Shown: piece after piece, positions 51,307-64,000 of the stretch | How positions within the stretch are numbered: position 1 is the stretch's first letter | How the letters are laid out: each line of letters starts with the position of its first letter | NCBI GenBank assembly: GCA_040954595.2 | Contig: CM082593.2 | Coordinates: 6,415,479 to 6,479,478 of the forward strand | Direction: 5' to 3' | Origin: Balanoglossus misakiensis | Taxonomy: Eukaryota; Animalia; Hemichordata | Length of the DNA stretch: 64,000 nucleotides | The notes under the pieces: generated by a model | The model's input: only the letters and a program-made list of their open reading frames with translations | Told to the model about the DNA's origin: nothing | The model's database searches: none | Translations under genes and position numbers: made by a program

Positions 51307-54300
51307 CATGTTTTACGCGTCAGTAGCAACTTTCTTTGAAGTTGTCCAGATTCGACGTTTACCACGACTATGTGAGGGCGCTGTCGAGATGGCACTCTCG
51401 AAATTGGCCACCGGATTTCCTTGGCCGCCGCGGCGTGATTAAAACATTCTACAGGCGATTAGACGGCTTTAGAAAGGCGTAGTGTATTTTCTTTAAATAC
51501 GTCTAGCCTTCCACGGGGAAAGTAATAGTGGTGTTATTCTGCTTGGTGTTTTATACCCGTATTTGGGTTCCACCTGCCCTAAGGGTAGAGAGTAAGTAGG
51601 CCCAGACGGTGTTTTCTTCAATTCGCCCGAAGGCGGGGCTTTGCGAGCAAACTTGCCGTGAAAAAAGGTGTGTCCACGCTATCAAAACATATCACCGTTG
51701 TGGGAGATATGCTTCAAAATGGCTGCGGGGAGGTATGTCGGAGATTGTGGAATCTACCGAGGAGTCATGCGTTGCAGGATCGACCAATGGTCGGTTTGCG
51801 TGATGCATGGTTGCTGTGGGTGGACGGGTGGGGTGGTCCGTGTTGGCAGCACGTACATCTCCAAAGGAGATTAGCGGCGACTTTGCGCGACGATTTTCAA
51901 CCTGCGATTGTACAAAACTGACAAGTGCAATTTTGTCGAGGGTTTGTTTCTTCTTTGTGGCGTTCTTCACGAAAGAGTTGAACTCGGCCACTTTCGGCGC
52001 GGCGGACAGTTTCACTGAATCTCTCTGCAGCACAGAAGTGGTGGCCCGCAGTGACCACGACTCCTATAAAAGAGTAACTCCCAACGAGGGACCAGACTCT
52101 CCATTCAGAACCCCCTTTCTTTAAAGCACAGATCGGACTTCGTGCAAACACTCTCAAATACATCAGAGCTAATTGACAGCGTTTGAGAGAGAGAAAAAAA
52201 ATCGAACTCTCTCGACCAAACAATATTTTGACAGGATCAAAGCGAGGGTAGCCATTTGTCAAATAAAAAACCACAAATCAACAGTAATTTGGAGGGGAGG
52301 TAATTCCATTTCAAAACAAAACACGCTCTCTTCCTTGCGCCTTTGTGCGAGTCTCCTTGGGTAAACCCGGTGATCAAGAACACACAAAGAACTCCATTCT
52401 GCCAAGAATTTGGTACTTTTTTAGAGCAATTTAATGAAAAAAAATCCGACGCATGCTTGTCACTCCGCGGACTTGAAATGGATTACAGGCTTTGGAGTTT
52501 GTTAGTTTCGTCAACACAGCTGACCGTCAAGCAACGAAGTTGACTCCCTTGAACTGTTGGCGTGTCTTCGATTGCACCATTTGCGTTTGTACGTCGTCGA
52601 AAAGGATAAAAAAAAAGCGAAACTGGATGAGTTTATTAACTGTTTTCTTACTGGAATAGGTTTTGTAACGTTAAATACACGAGTTAAAAATGAATGTACT
52701 AGTACATTAGAATTTGTGGTGCAGTATAAACAATGTAGATTTTTCCAGGGTGAATGTAGCGGCCAATGTTTGCAGTTGTAACCATGCATAGTGTATTCAA
52801 ACCATATCAATGACGAACTGTCAAAAAACCTCTGTATATATGTTTGCATGGTTCAATATCATTTTGCTCTTCCCACATGCCCCGGTGGTAATTGAACCGT
52901 CGAGGAAATGCGATTTTTATATATCAAGTGTTATTGTTATGCCTTTTCATCGGCATATACGCTTTTATAAATTGCTTGATCCAATTTTATAGTTTTTTGC
53001 CATAATACTCTCTGGGAAGGCGTCGCAAAGAGCGCGCGCGGCCCGAACCAGCTGCGCGCACACGCACCGCGTCGAGCGCGTCACCGTTGCTTCAGAAACT
53101 TTGCAGAGCCCTGGCACAGATGTCCGATTTTCAATTTGCCCCTCGCTCCCTTATCGCACCACGTTTTCATTTATATTTTTTTTTCGGGACAAGCAAGGCG
53201 CGCTGTAAAATCATAATATGTTTTCAATCTGATGTCAAGCCGGCCTTTGTGCCCACTTGCCTTTACCGTAAATTGCATGAATATGGTGGCGTTAATCCGA
53301 CCTAAGCCCCAGCGGTAGTTGATTTTGCCTACAGAGTTAACAACAAAGCGGACAGCCCCTCAGCGCCAAGGGTGCTTTTGTTTGCCTCCTCCCGTATTAC
53401 ACGGCAGATTTCTCTTTATTTTAATGAAGTTTTTTTTAAAAAGGAGCCGGGGTAACAGTGGCATCTACAGCGGATTTTCGCCACCGTGAACGCCCATCAT
53501 TTTGTCGTTTATTGGTGGCCATTTTCATTCTCAATGTCAGCGTAAACTTCCACGATTGTTCAACTGCGTGTATCTTACTCGGTTGCGGCTGACTGGACCA
53601 CCCAGTTTTTTCGAAGTACAAAATGTACACGTAGGCTACTGTACATTTCTAGCACAGACAAGTTTCTCCCAATCCACCTAACTCAAATTAAACTGCTAAG
53701 TACATCCGAAAGTTAACGGAATGACATTTTAATTCTTTCAATGATATTTTTTAAACAGCAAATCTCGTATTCATTTCAGTTTAACTTCATCGGTACCTGA
53801 GTTCCCGCCTGTGGCCCCCACGCTTAAAACAACCCTGCTGCGATTTCTCTGCCTGCATAGCAAAGTTACACAGATTTCGCTGATAATAGATAGAAATCGG
53901 GTATTAGGGAAATAGCCAAAGACCGATAACGGAACAATGTCGATGGCAGACAATCGGATTTACCAAATATAAAATAGGATTTTTGGAGTTTCAATTAAAT
54001 GTGGATTTCAGACAGCAATCGGGGTATTATGACACGCGCTTTGCAAGCTTATGGTTCTTGAATTGATAGACAAGGCCCCCATTCTATATTAAGTCGTACG
54101 CCTTTTCAACGACGCAGAGAAAAGGGGGTCTTTTTGTCAGGAGAGAGAGTGTGTACTTTGGTGATCACTGTTGATATCTGTGTTGCGAGAGGTGCGACGG
54201 CTGACCCGCCGGAGTAAGAATGGTTCCGTCTGCTCCCCGTGGGCGACCGACAAAAAATGAGCCAATATATTAAAGAATGGCAAAGAGTATACACATCTAT

Positions 54301-57300
54301 GTGAAAAGCTTGTATACCGTAGCGAGAGCCTGTTAGTCGCTCCAGTGGATGATTGTGACTTTGGGCACTTTTTGGAAAACGGTAGTACGTTTAACGTTTC
54401 TGTGTGTTCGTACTGGCGGCTCTCGCCGACGAAGAAAGATGGTGGGTTCCGAATCGAACTTCCCCATCCCAGTATTCCAACGGTTCGCGTCACGGTGCAG
54501 GGCCAGTTGTATACACCGATATGGTGTATGGTGTCGGTTCGTGTTGATGCTGAAATAACTGAAGACAGTACCATAAATCTGTCCGAAATGTCAGGTGCTT
54601 GTACGATTCGGCCACCGTAGTTTATTTCGCGTTAGTGGGTACATGTACTGTACTAGTGTTCTGTGAGATGCAGTTGTGTGAATTAATGGAGTCGTGACGT
54701 CAAAACTACAGGAATACGACCAATCGTTCAGAAAAAAAACAACGACGTGAATTAAAATTGAAGTCAAGACAACTTTCATGGTAGTTTCTTCTCACAGCCA
54801 AGTACACCGCCTCCTGATTGATTTAGTGGAACTATCGTGTCTTGCAAACACGCCATTTTCACGGTCTCGGTATTGTAAGAGTGCTCTTACCTGTTGTTCC
54901 AGTGGCGATATGCTTTCCCAGCGATACGCACACACACACACGACACACACCTGTTGCGTTGCTGAAGGTCCCGGGCTCGTACGTGTTGCCGTCGTCGTCA
55001 AAACTCGAACACAGCGCGAACGCTTCTGGCCTTTCACCACATAGACTGGTTCAAGATCGACTAACTGATCTTCGCTATCGACTACACGACATGATATTTT
55101 AAGACTTAAGCAGCTTATCAGGAATTTCCGACATTCAAATTCTAATTCCTATATCTGAGCAGCTGTTCCAGTTAATACACCGACTCCAGTGCCAGTTTGC
55201 ATGGTTTCTTTTTAACAATGCCCACTGTGATGTAAACATTTTTTTTAAACAAAGCAATTTTTGCGTACATAGCAATATTGAGATCATTAATTTGTGGAAG
55301 TTGTCGCTAACAACGCTGGTTGTCGGGAAATGAATTTGGCTGTTCTTGTCAGGAGTGCCCCCCCCCTTTAAGAAAAGATTTCGGACAAAAGTTTTGATTA
55401 TTTTTGCTTTCATAAATAGTAGTCGATGGTTGCAACTGAAACGTGATATAAAGCAAATACATTTCATTGGAGAAGATTCTGACGGGGTTAAACTTCCAAA
55501 GTTTTCCCGGCAATGCGTGTCAGTCAATATCAGTTTTCCCGCCGAATTTACGCGCTATCAGGGAGAGAAGATAACAAAAAAACGCACACGAGATGCACTG
55601 CTGCCAACAGATAGCGAAACAAATCATCGAGCAGATTACGTCGGATTAGAACTTTTAAGGAGGTCAGTTTTTGAGACAATTATCTGCAGACCAATAAGAT
55701 AGCGCTTTTAGGCCTTTGTAACTTGACTGGTAGAAATGGGTATTATGCCGGCTTAGTGCCAGGCTTGGAATACCATTTCGGGAAAGGTAACTAGCCAAAA
55801 GTCGTGTGCCAGAAGCAAATTCTGACTTTTCATACGAAGAGTGTTGCTCTTCGTGTTGTTTATACAAGGCGACCTCCATCCGTCTACTGTACTTCGGCGC
55901 GTATATGAGCATGTTTTATACTTGTGATCAGACTATATTTAAAGTTGCTAGAGTTTGGCATCATTTTGGTTATTTAGTTTCATTTAGTGAGTTATGGATT
56001 GAACTCAGTGTTAAATGACTAGTTATTACAACTCAAAGCACATAGGAACATGGTATTACAAGGTAATACTCATCACAGTATAACTGTTGGTACTGACCCA
56101 AAACTAATAGTTGGAAATGTTTCTGAGTAGTATCCATGTAGGCCTATGTGTTGTGTTTGGGGTAAGTTTCAATGAGTGTAGAAAATCAAACAAAACAATC
56201 TAAACTAACCTCAAATTAGCGACTTTTTCCCTTTAATTGCCGAGCTCTACAAATTTTCGTTTGAATCATTAAAATACAAAATGTGCAGTAACTTGGATGA
56301 GTTGGAATGCTCCTGAAGTTATCGTCTCATCGTGATCAAGGGATTGCCCGGATGTTGAAATTATTCACTCTGCCCGCCCGCCATTCCGCGAGACAAAACA
56401 ATTTTAACATCCATATATGTTTCGTTCCCAAATTCGGTAAACCTACAACCGCTTTCAGTGTTTTGACGTAAAAGATGGGAATTTCACAATGGCGGTTTTG
56501 GGAAGCGTGGTTCTGCCGACTGATATCCGATATAAACACCGGATCTGCCGATTTTAAGCTTGTAGAGGCAATCAGATACGGTGGTCACGTGGCTGCGGAG
56601 AAATCTCGTCCTAGCTACCTATACTAATTGGATAAATAATAAAATAAACAAGATTAAAGTTATAATCAGCAGCGAGCCAATATTATCTCCAGCACTATCG
56701 GCTTTTGGAGAGAAACGGCTTTGATTGATTTCTCAAAGATATTCCTACAGCCAAACATGATTAGCGAGCTGTACGAGCTGACTAAATCGAAAGATCGTCA
56801 CATGATTTTCTGGATTTTACCCAAGTCAGGTTACTGTTTTGAAAAATAGAGCGGTATATGGTTGCGAATACCAGTCATACACACTATGCAAGGGTCTGTG
56901 TCATAATTTTGCCAACGTGAGGGCGGAAGTTGGTGGCGCACTACTTCTTCGAAAGATTTGTTAAATATTCCGCCAGGTGGCGTGTTTCAAGATGGCGTTC
57001 GCTTCTGTGTGGATGGACTGCACGTGTGCGGTGCACTGATTTGACCTCTAACGCGACAAAACGCTCATTTTCCTGCTAAATTTCCGACTGTCGTTGTTCG
57101 CCTTGTCGCCGACATGCATCTGAGTAGGATTTGTGAGGAATTACGGCATTGGTTTCACCACAGTCACTCCACAGTATAGTAATAGTATGCAGTGAGCGGT
57201 CAACATTACAAACCAATATGGCGGCGCCCATGGAACATGTGCACGTTTTTGAATCCGATGGTAAGGTAGTGGCGATTCAATACAAATTACAGTATACGCG

Positions 57301-57639
57301 TTATCTAAAGGGGCTCCGACTACTGTTGCCCGCTAGCTAGTATTTGCATGATTTAATATGCATCACATTTGATCTAAGAGCGAGCATAGCAAATTAAGGT
57401 AACATTTTACATTCACACTGAACGTCATTACGGTGTGTACTCTAATAATGAATTGCTGCGGGTCCGTTGCCCTACCACATGGGGCTCGTCAGGTCGTTGT
57501 TCGTAATGAGCGAGTGTGTAAATGAGAAACATTTGTTGGGTGCAAATATGGTCACGTGTGTAATGTTTGTAAAAAGGTAAGAGAAAAAAATTGTGAACAG
57601 ATTAGGGTTAGGGTATGTGGTGTTTGGGTCACTTTGCCC

Positions 57640-57920
57640 CACAATTCTCGACTTTGTGTATTTTGCTGATTTTTTGCCTTTTCATGTCATATGCATGGAC
57701 AATAACCCATCCAAGCTCAAAAAATGTCAAAATCTCAACTTTGTGAATTTTGCTGATTTTGGCCTTTTCATGTCATATGCATAGACTATAACTCATGCCC
57801 ACTCAAAAAATTACAAATTCTTGACTTTGTGAATTTTGCTGATTTTGTCCTTTTCATGTCGTATGCATAGAGTATAACTCATGAATGCTCAAATAATGAC
57901 AAATTCTTGACTTTGTGAAT
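57640..57920. repeat. Degenerate ~86-bp tandem repeat (~3.2 copies) related to the 88-bp satellite
   Basis: actttgtg recurs at 57651, 57738, 57824 and 57910; ttttgctgatttt..ccttttcatgtc.tatgcat is present in each unit. Confidence 0.9.
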
Positions 57921-58280
57921 GTAGAATTCATGCAGTGGTCATGCAAGTGTCATATTGCAGATTATGTTCAGTCTTTTTGTTTTTTAATTGCAAGTGTTGT
58001 TAAACTTACCCTGATTTTGTTTTTTTCGCATTGCAGTGAATTAAGTGATGGTGAAACCACCCCAATGTTGAGACGATGGCTTATAGGATCCCCAAGTACT
58101 GTTCAGGTAAGACTGAATCAATCTCAATCTACCACACCCTTTCCTTTATCACACTGTCATTGACTCAACTGGAACTATTTAGTGATATTAAACAAGATCT
58201 TGAAAATATCCTTCTGATATGTGACTCTTTCTTCATTTTGTTTTCCACAATATGCCCAAGATTTGAAATTGTTAAAAGCT

Positions 58281-58627
58281 AGAGTAGAGTCAAGCCTGAA
58301 AAATTGTCTAATTTTTTTTTTAATTCAAGTATAGAGTCAATCCTGAAAAATTTTCTAAGTATAGAGTAAAGCCTGAAAAAAATTTCTAGGTATAGAGTAA
58401 AGCCTGAAAAATTTTCTAAGTATAGAGTCAAGCCTGAAAAATGTTCCAAGTTTTTTTTAAATTCAAGTATAGAGTAAAGCCTGAAAATTTTTCTAAGTAT
58501 AGAGTAAAGCCTGAAAAATTTCTAACTATAGAGTAAAGCCTGAAAATTTTTCTAAGTATAGAGTCAATCCTGAAAAATTTCTAACTATAGAGTAAAGCCT
58601 GAAAAATTTCTAACTAAGGAGTAAAGC
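58281..58627. repeat. ~30-bp tandem minisatellite (agtatagagtaaagcctgaaaaattttcta), ~10 copies
   Basis: Direct reading; two units carry an inserted T-run (ttttttt..attca). Confidence 0.92.
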
Positions 58628-59424
58628 TTACACTATATACATCATATTACAAAGTTTTCCTGATATTAATTTTAATGTAAAGTTATACTCCTAATCAAAT
58701 TTTATTTTCGTCCTTAGTTTGGTGCAAGGAGGTTGCCATGGACTCGGTTGTACACATCAACTAAGAAGATGCAGTTTTTGAATCTATCAAGCTTACAAAA
58801 TTCCTAAGTTTTAAGTCTGTTGACAATGATGCACACACATTCTTAATTGAGACCGCCTATTTCTATTATTGTTATTTCATTACATTTTGAATGTAGTTAT
58901 AAAGTAAGCAATGACTTATAAATAAAATTATGAAATAAAATTACATTCGCAAGAGTGAGTGTTTATTTTACTGAAGTTTTATTCATGTGAACATGTATGA
59001 ACTTTTGGATTGTCAGCATTCCAAACTTATTTATGATGTAAATAAATAAAATTTGCAATATTCAAGAGAAGTTGTCTGCTCTCTTTGTGTTATACTCTCT
59101 AAGAACACTAGCTGTGATTTTTAAATTTTTCCATCTGTGTATTCCCTACAACATAATGGAGTTTTATATTGATTATGCCTGTGACCTATGACATCATTCA
59201 AGGATTAAAGAAACTAGTTAATGGTCAGCTAACATTTTATCCGAAATGCAATTTCATGGCAATTTGACCCTACATTAATATTAATTATTTAGAAACAGGA
59301 TCCCTTAAGGATGTAAAGTACATGCCTCTGGCGTTTTGTCATAACCTGCTAAAAGGCAAACTTCAGATAAATCCCTCCACAGATTTGAATAAAATTTGAG
59401 GTTTACTGCAGATTTTTGAAAGTG

Positions 59425-62400
59425 ATGACAATTTTTCGACTTTGCGAAATATCAAAATTTCTTCATTTTTTTGAAAAAACCATGGGTTATAGCCCATGAA
59501 AATCATCCAAAAATGACAATTTTTCGACTTTGCGAAATATCAAAATTTCTTCATTTTTTTGAAAAAACCATGGGTTATAGCCCATGAAAATCATCCAAAA
59601 ATGACAATTTTTCGACTTTGCGAAATATCAAAATTTCTTCATTTTTTTGAAAAAACCATGGGTTATAGCCCATGAAAATCATCCAAAAATGACAATTTTT
59701 CGACTTTGCGAAATATCAAAATTTCTTCATTTTTTTCAAAAAACCATGGGTTATAGCCCATGAAAATCATCCAAAAATGACAATTTTTCGACTTTGCGAA
59801 ATATCAAAATTTCTTCATTTTTTTGAAAAAACCTAGGGTTATAGCCCATGAAAATCATCCAAAAATGACAATTTTTCGACTTTGCGAAATATCAAAATTT
59901 CTTCATTTTTTTCAAAAAACCATGGGTTATAGCCCATGAAAATCATCCAAAAATGACAATTTTTCGACTTTGCGAAATATCAAAATTTCTTCATTTTTTT
60001 GAAAAAACCATGGGTTATAGCCCATGAAAATCATCCAAAAATGACAATTTTTCGACTTTGCGAAATATCAAAATTTCTTCATTTTTTTGAAAAAACCATG
60101 GGTTATAGCCCATGAAAATCATCCAAAAATGACAATTTTTCGACTTTGCGAAATATCAAAATTTCTTCATTTTTTTGAAAAAACCATGGGTTATAGCCCA
60201 TGAAAATCATCCAAAAATGACAATTTTTCGACTTTGCGAAATATCAAAATTTCTTCATTTTTTTCAAAAAACCATGGGTTATAGCCCATGAAAATCATCC
60301 AAAAATGACAATTTTTCGACTTTGCGAAATATCAAAATTTCTTCATTTTTTTGAAAAAACCTAGGGTTATAGCCCATGAAAATCATCCAAAAATGACAAT
60401 TTTTCGACTTTGCGAAATATCAAAATTTCTTCATTTTTTTCAAAAAACCATGGGTTATAGCCCATGAAAATCATCCAAAAATGACAATTTTTCGACTTTG
60501 CGAAATATCAAAATTTCTTCATTTTTTTGAAAAAACCATGGGTTATAGCCCATGAAAATCATCCAAAAATGACAATTTTTCGACTTTGCGAAATATCAAA
60601 ATTTCTTCATTTTTTTGAAAAAACCATGGGTTATAGCCCATGAAAATCATCCAAAAATGACAATTTTTCGACTTTGCGAAATATCAAAATTTCTTCATTT
60701 TTTTGAAAAAACCATGGGTTATAGCCCATGAAAATCATCCAAAAATGACAATTTTTCGACTTTGCGAAATATCAAAATTTCTTCATTTTTTTGAAAAAAC
60801 CTAGGGTTATAGCCCATGAAAATCATCCAAAAATGACAATTTTTCGACTTTGCGAAATATCAAAATTTCTTCATTTTTTTCAAAAAACCATGGGTTATAG
60901 CCCATGAAAATCATCCAAAAATGAAAATTTTTCGACTTTGCGAAATATCAAAATTTCTTCATTTTTTTGAAAAAAACATGGGTTATAGCCCATGAAAATC
61001 ATCCAAAAATGACAATTTTTCGACTTTGCGAAATATCAAAATTTCTTCATTTTTTTGAAAAAACCATGGGTTATAGCCCATGAAAATCATCCATAAATGA
61101 CAATTTTTCGACTTTGCGAAATATCAAAATTTCTTCATTATTTTGAGAAAACCATGGGTTATAGCCCATGAAAATCATCCAAAAATGACAATTTTTCGAC
61201 TTTGCGAAATATCAAAATTTCTTCATTTTTTTGAAAAAACCATGGGTTATAGCCCATGAAAATCATCCAAAAATGACAATTTTTCGACTTTGCGAAATAT
61301 CAAAATTTCTTCATTTTTTTGAAAAAACCATGGGTTATAGCCCATCAAAATCATCCAAAAATGACAATTTTTCGACTTTGCGAAATATCAAAATTTCTTC
61401 ATTTTTTTGAAAAAACCATGGGTTATAGCCCATGAAAATCATCCAAAAATGACAATTTTCGACTTTGCGAAATATCAAAATTTCTTCATTTTTTTGGAAA
61501 AACCATGGGTTATAGCCCATGAAAATCATCCAAAAATGACAATTTTTCGACTTTGCGAAATATCAAAATTTCTTCATTTTTTTGGAAAAACCATGGGTTA
61601 TAGCCCATGAAAATCATCCAAAAATGACAATTTTTCGACTTTGCGAAATATCAAAATTTCTTCATTTTTTTGGAAAAACCATGGGTTATAGCCCATGAAA
61701 ATCATCCAAAAATGACAATTTTTCGACTTTGCGAAATATCAAAATTTCTTCATTTTTTTGGAAAAACCATGGGTTATAGCCCATGAAAATCATCCAAAAA
61801 TGACAATTTTTCGACTTTGCGAAATATCAAAATTTCTTCATTTTTTTGAAAAAACCATGGGTTATAGCCCATGAAAATCATCCAAAAATGACAATTTTTC
61901 GACTTTGCGAAATATCAAAATTTCTTCATTTTTTTGAAAAACCATGGGTTATAGCCCATGAAAATCATCCAAAAATGACAATTTTTCGACTTTGCGAAAT
62001 ATCAAAATTTCTTCATTTTTTTGAAAAAACCATGGGTTATAGCCCATGAAAATCATCCAAAAATGACAATTTTTCGACTTTGCGAAATATCAAAATTTCT
62101 TCATTTTTTTGAAAAAACCCTGGGTTATAGCCCATGAAAATCATCCAAAAATGACAATTTTTCGACTTTGCGAAATATCAAAATTTCTTCATTTTTTTGA
62201 AAAAACCATGGGTTATAGCCCATGAAAATCATCCAAAAATGACAATTTTTCGACTTTGCGAAATATCAAAATTTCTTCATTTTTTTGAAAAAACCATGGG
62301 TTATAGCCCATGAAAATCATCCAAAAATGACAATTTTTCGACTTTGCGAAATATCAAAATTTCTTCATTTTTTTGAAAAAACCATGGGTTATAGCCCATG

Positions 62401-64000
62401 AAAATCATCCAAAAATGACAATTTTTCGACTTTGCGAAATATCAAAATTTCTTCATTTTTTGAAAAAACCATGGGTTATAGCCCATGAAAATCATCCAAA
62501 AATGACAATTTTTCGACTTTGCGAAATATCAAAATTTCTTCATTTTTTTGAAAAAACCATGGGTTATAGCCCATGAAAATCATCCAAAAATGACAATTTT
62601 TCGACTTTGCGAAATATCAAAATTTCTTCATTTTTTTGAAAAAACCATGGGTTATAGCCCATGAAAATCATCCAAAAATGACAATTTTTCGACTTTGCGA
62701 AATATCAAAATTTCTTCATTTTTTTGAAAAAACCATGGGTTATAGCCCATGAAAATCATCCAAAAATGACAATTTTTCGACTTTGCGAAATATCAAAATT
62801 TCTTCATTTTTTTGAAAAACCATGGGTTATAGCCCATGAAAATCATCCAAAAATGACAATTTTTCGACTTTGCGAAATATCAAAATTTCTTCATTTTTTT
62901 GAAAAAACCATGGGTTATAGCCCATGAAAATCATCCAAAAATGACAATTTTTCGACTTTGCGAAATATCAAAATTTCTTCATTTTTTGAAAAAACCATGG
63001 GTTATAGCCCATGAAAATCATCCAAAAATGACAATTTTCGACTTTGCGAAATATCAAAATTTCTTCATTTTTTTGAAAAAACCATGGGTTATAGCCCATG
63101 AAAATCATCCAAAAATGACAATTTTTCGACTTTGCGAAATATCAAAATTTCTTCATTTTTTTGAAAAAACCATGGGTTATAGCCCATGAAAATCATCCAA
63201 AAATGACAATTTTTCGACTTTGCGAAATATCAAAATTTCTTCATTTTTTTGAAAAAACCATGGGTTATAGCCCATGAAAATCATCCAAAAATGACAATTT
63301 TTCGACTTTGCGAAATATCAAAATTTCTTCATTTTTTGAAAAACCATGGGTTATAGCCCATGAAAATCATCCAAAAATGACAATTTTTCGACTTTGCGAA
63401 ATATCAAAATTTCTTCATTTTTTTGAAAAAACCATGGGTTATAGCCCATGAAAATCATCCAAAAATGACAATTTTTCGACTTTGCGAAATATCAAAATTT
63501 CTTCATTTTTTTGAAAAAACCATGGGTTATAGCCCATGAAAATCATCCAAAAATGACAATTTTTCGACTTTGCGAAATATCAAAATTTCTTCATTTTTTT
63601 GAAAAAACCATGGGTTATAGCCCATGAAAATCATCCAAAAATGACAATTTTTCGACTTTGCGAAATATCAAAATTTCTTCATTTTTTTGAAAAAACCATG
63701 GGTTATAGCCCATGAAAATCATCCAAAAATGACAATTTTTCGACTTTGCGAAATATCAAAATTTCTTCATTTTTTTGAAAAAACCATGGGTTATAGCCCA
63801 TGAAAATCATCCAAAAATGACAATTTTTCGACTTTGCGAAATATCAAAATTTCTTCATTTTTTTGAAAAAACCATGGGTTATAGCCCATGAAAATCATCC
63901 AAAAATGACAATTTTTCGACTTTGCGAAATATCTACAAATTTCTTCACTTTTTTGAAAAAACCATGGGTTATAGCCCATGAAAATCATCCAAAAATGACA
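59425..64000. repeat. 88-bp AT-rich satellite DNA array, ~52 near-identical monomers, runs off the window end
   Basis: Unit atgacaatttttcgactttgcgaaatatcaaaatttcttcatttttttgaaaaaaccatgggttatagcccatgaaaatcatccaaaa starts at 59425, 59513, 59601 and onward. Confidence 0.99.

Noticed and set aside
50956-51309. Poly-His ORF (MHHHNHHHH...)
   Set aside because: Translation of the (GGT)/(GAT) microsatellite; no splice or homology support.
51750-51860. Minus-strand peptide PQQPCITQTDH resembling Dmbx-B exon 1 (QQPHCSQTDY), possible third Dmbx remnant
   Set aside because: Similarity is too short, the LTLAERLA signature is missing and no homeobox follows.
57602-57613. TTAGGGTTAGGG telomeric motif
   Set aside because: Only two units; insufficient to call an interstitial telomere.
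59425-64000. CRISPR-like array, or repeated ORFs (MKKPWVIAHENHPK...)
   Set aside because: Monomers are contiguous with no unique spacers and no cas genes; the ORFs are chance read-throughs created by 1-nt indels in a satellite.

Overview
Eukaryotic (metazoan) genomic DNA with spliceosomal GT-AG introns, probably from a marine invertebrate such as a deuterostome (inference from gene content and repeats). Three protein-coding genes can be fully reconstructed by hand. (1) A + strand heparan sulfate N-deacetylase/N-sulfotransferase (NDST/sulfateless; 11 coding exons, 8505-15978, 892 aa) with a uORF-rich 5' leader. (2,3) Two tandem, intact, - strand Dmbx-type K50 paired-class homeobox genes with OAR domains (26120-29316, 388 aa; 41945-44685, 395 aa). 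The duplication is old, but the paralogs still share four colinear upstream non-coding blocks. They also share an anomalously similar homeobox exon plus intron (probable gene conversion) and differ by an eh1-like motif and a solo-LTR insertion. Other elements are a self-nested TTAA fold-back MITE, a double-hairpin Crypton-like element and several microsatellites. The window ends in two degenerate minisatellites followed by a >4.5 kb 88-bp satellite with higher-order structure. I found no prokaryote-type system such as CRISPR or a defence island. Most short ORFs in the track are noise. All alignments and counts were done by eye and should be confirmed computationally.
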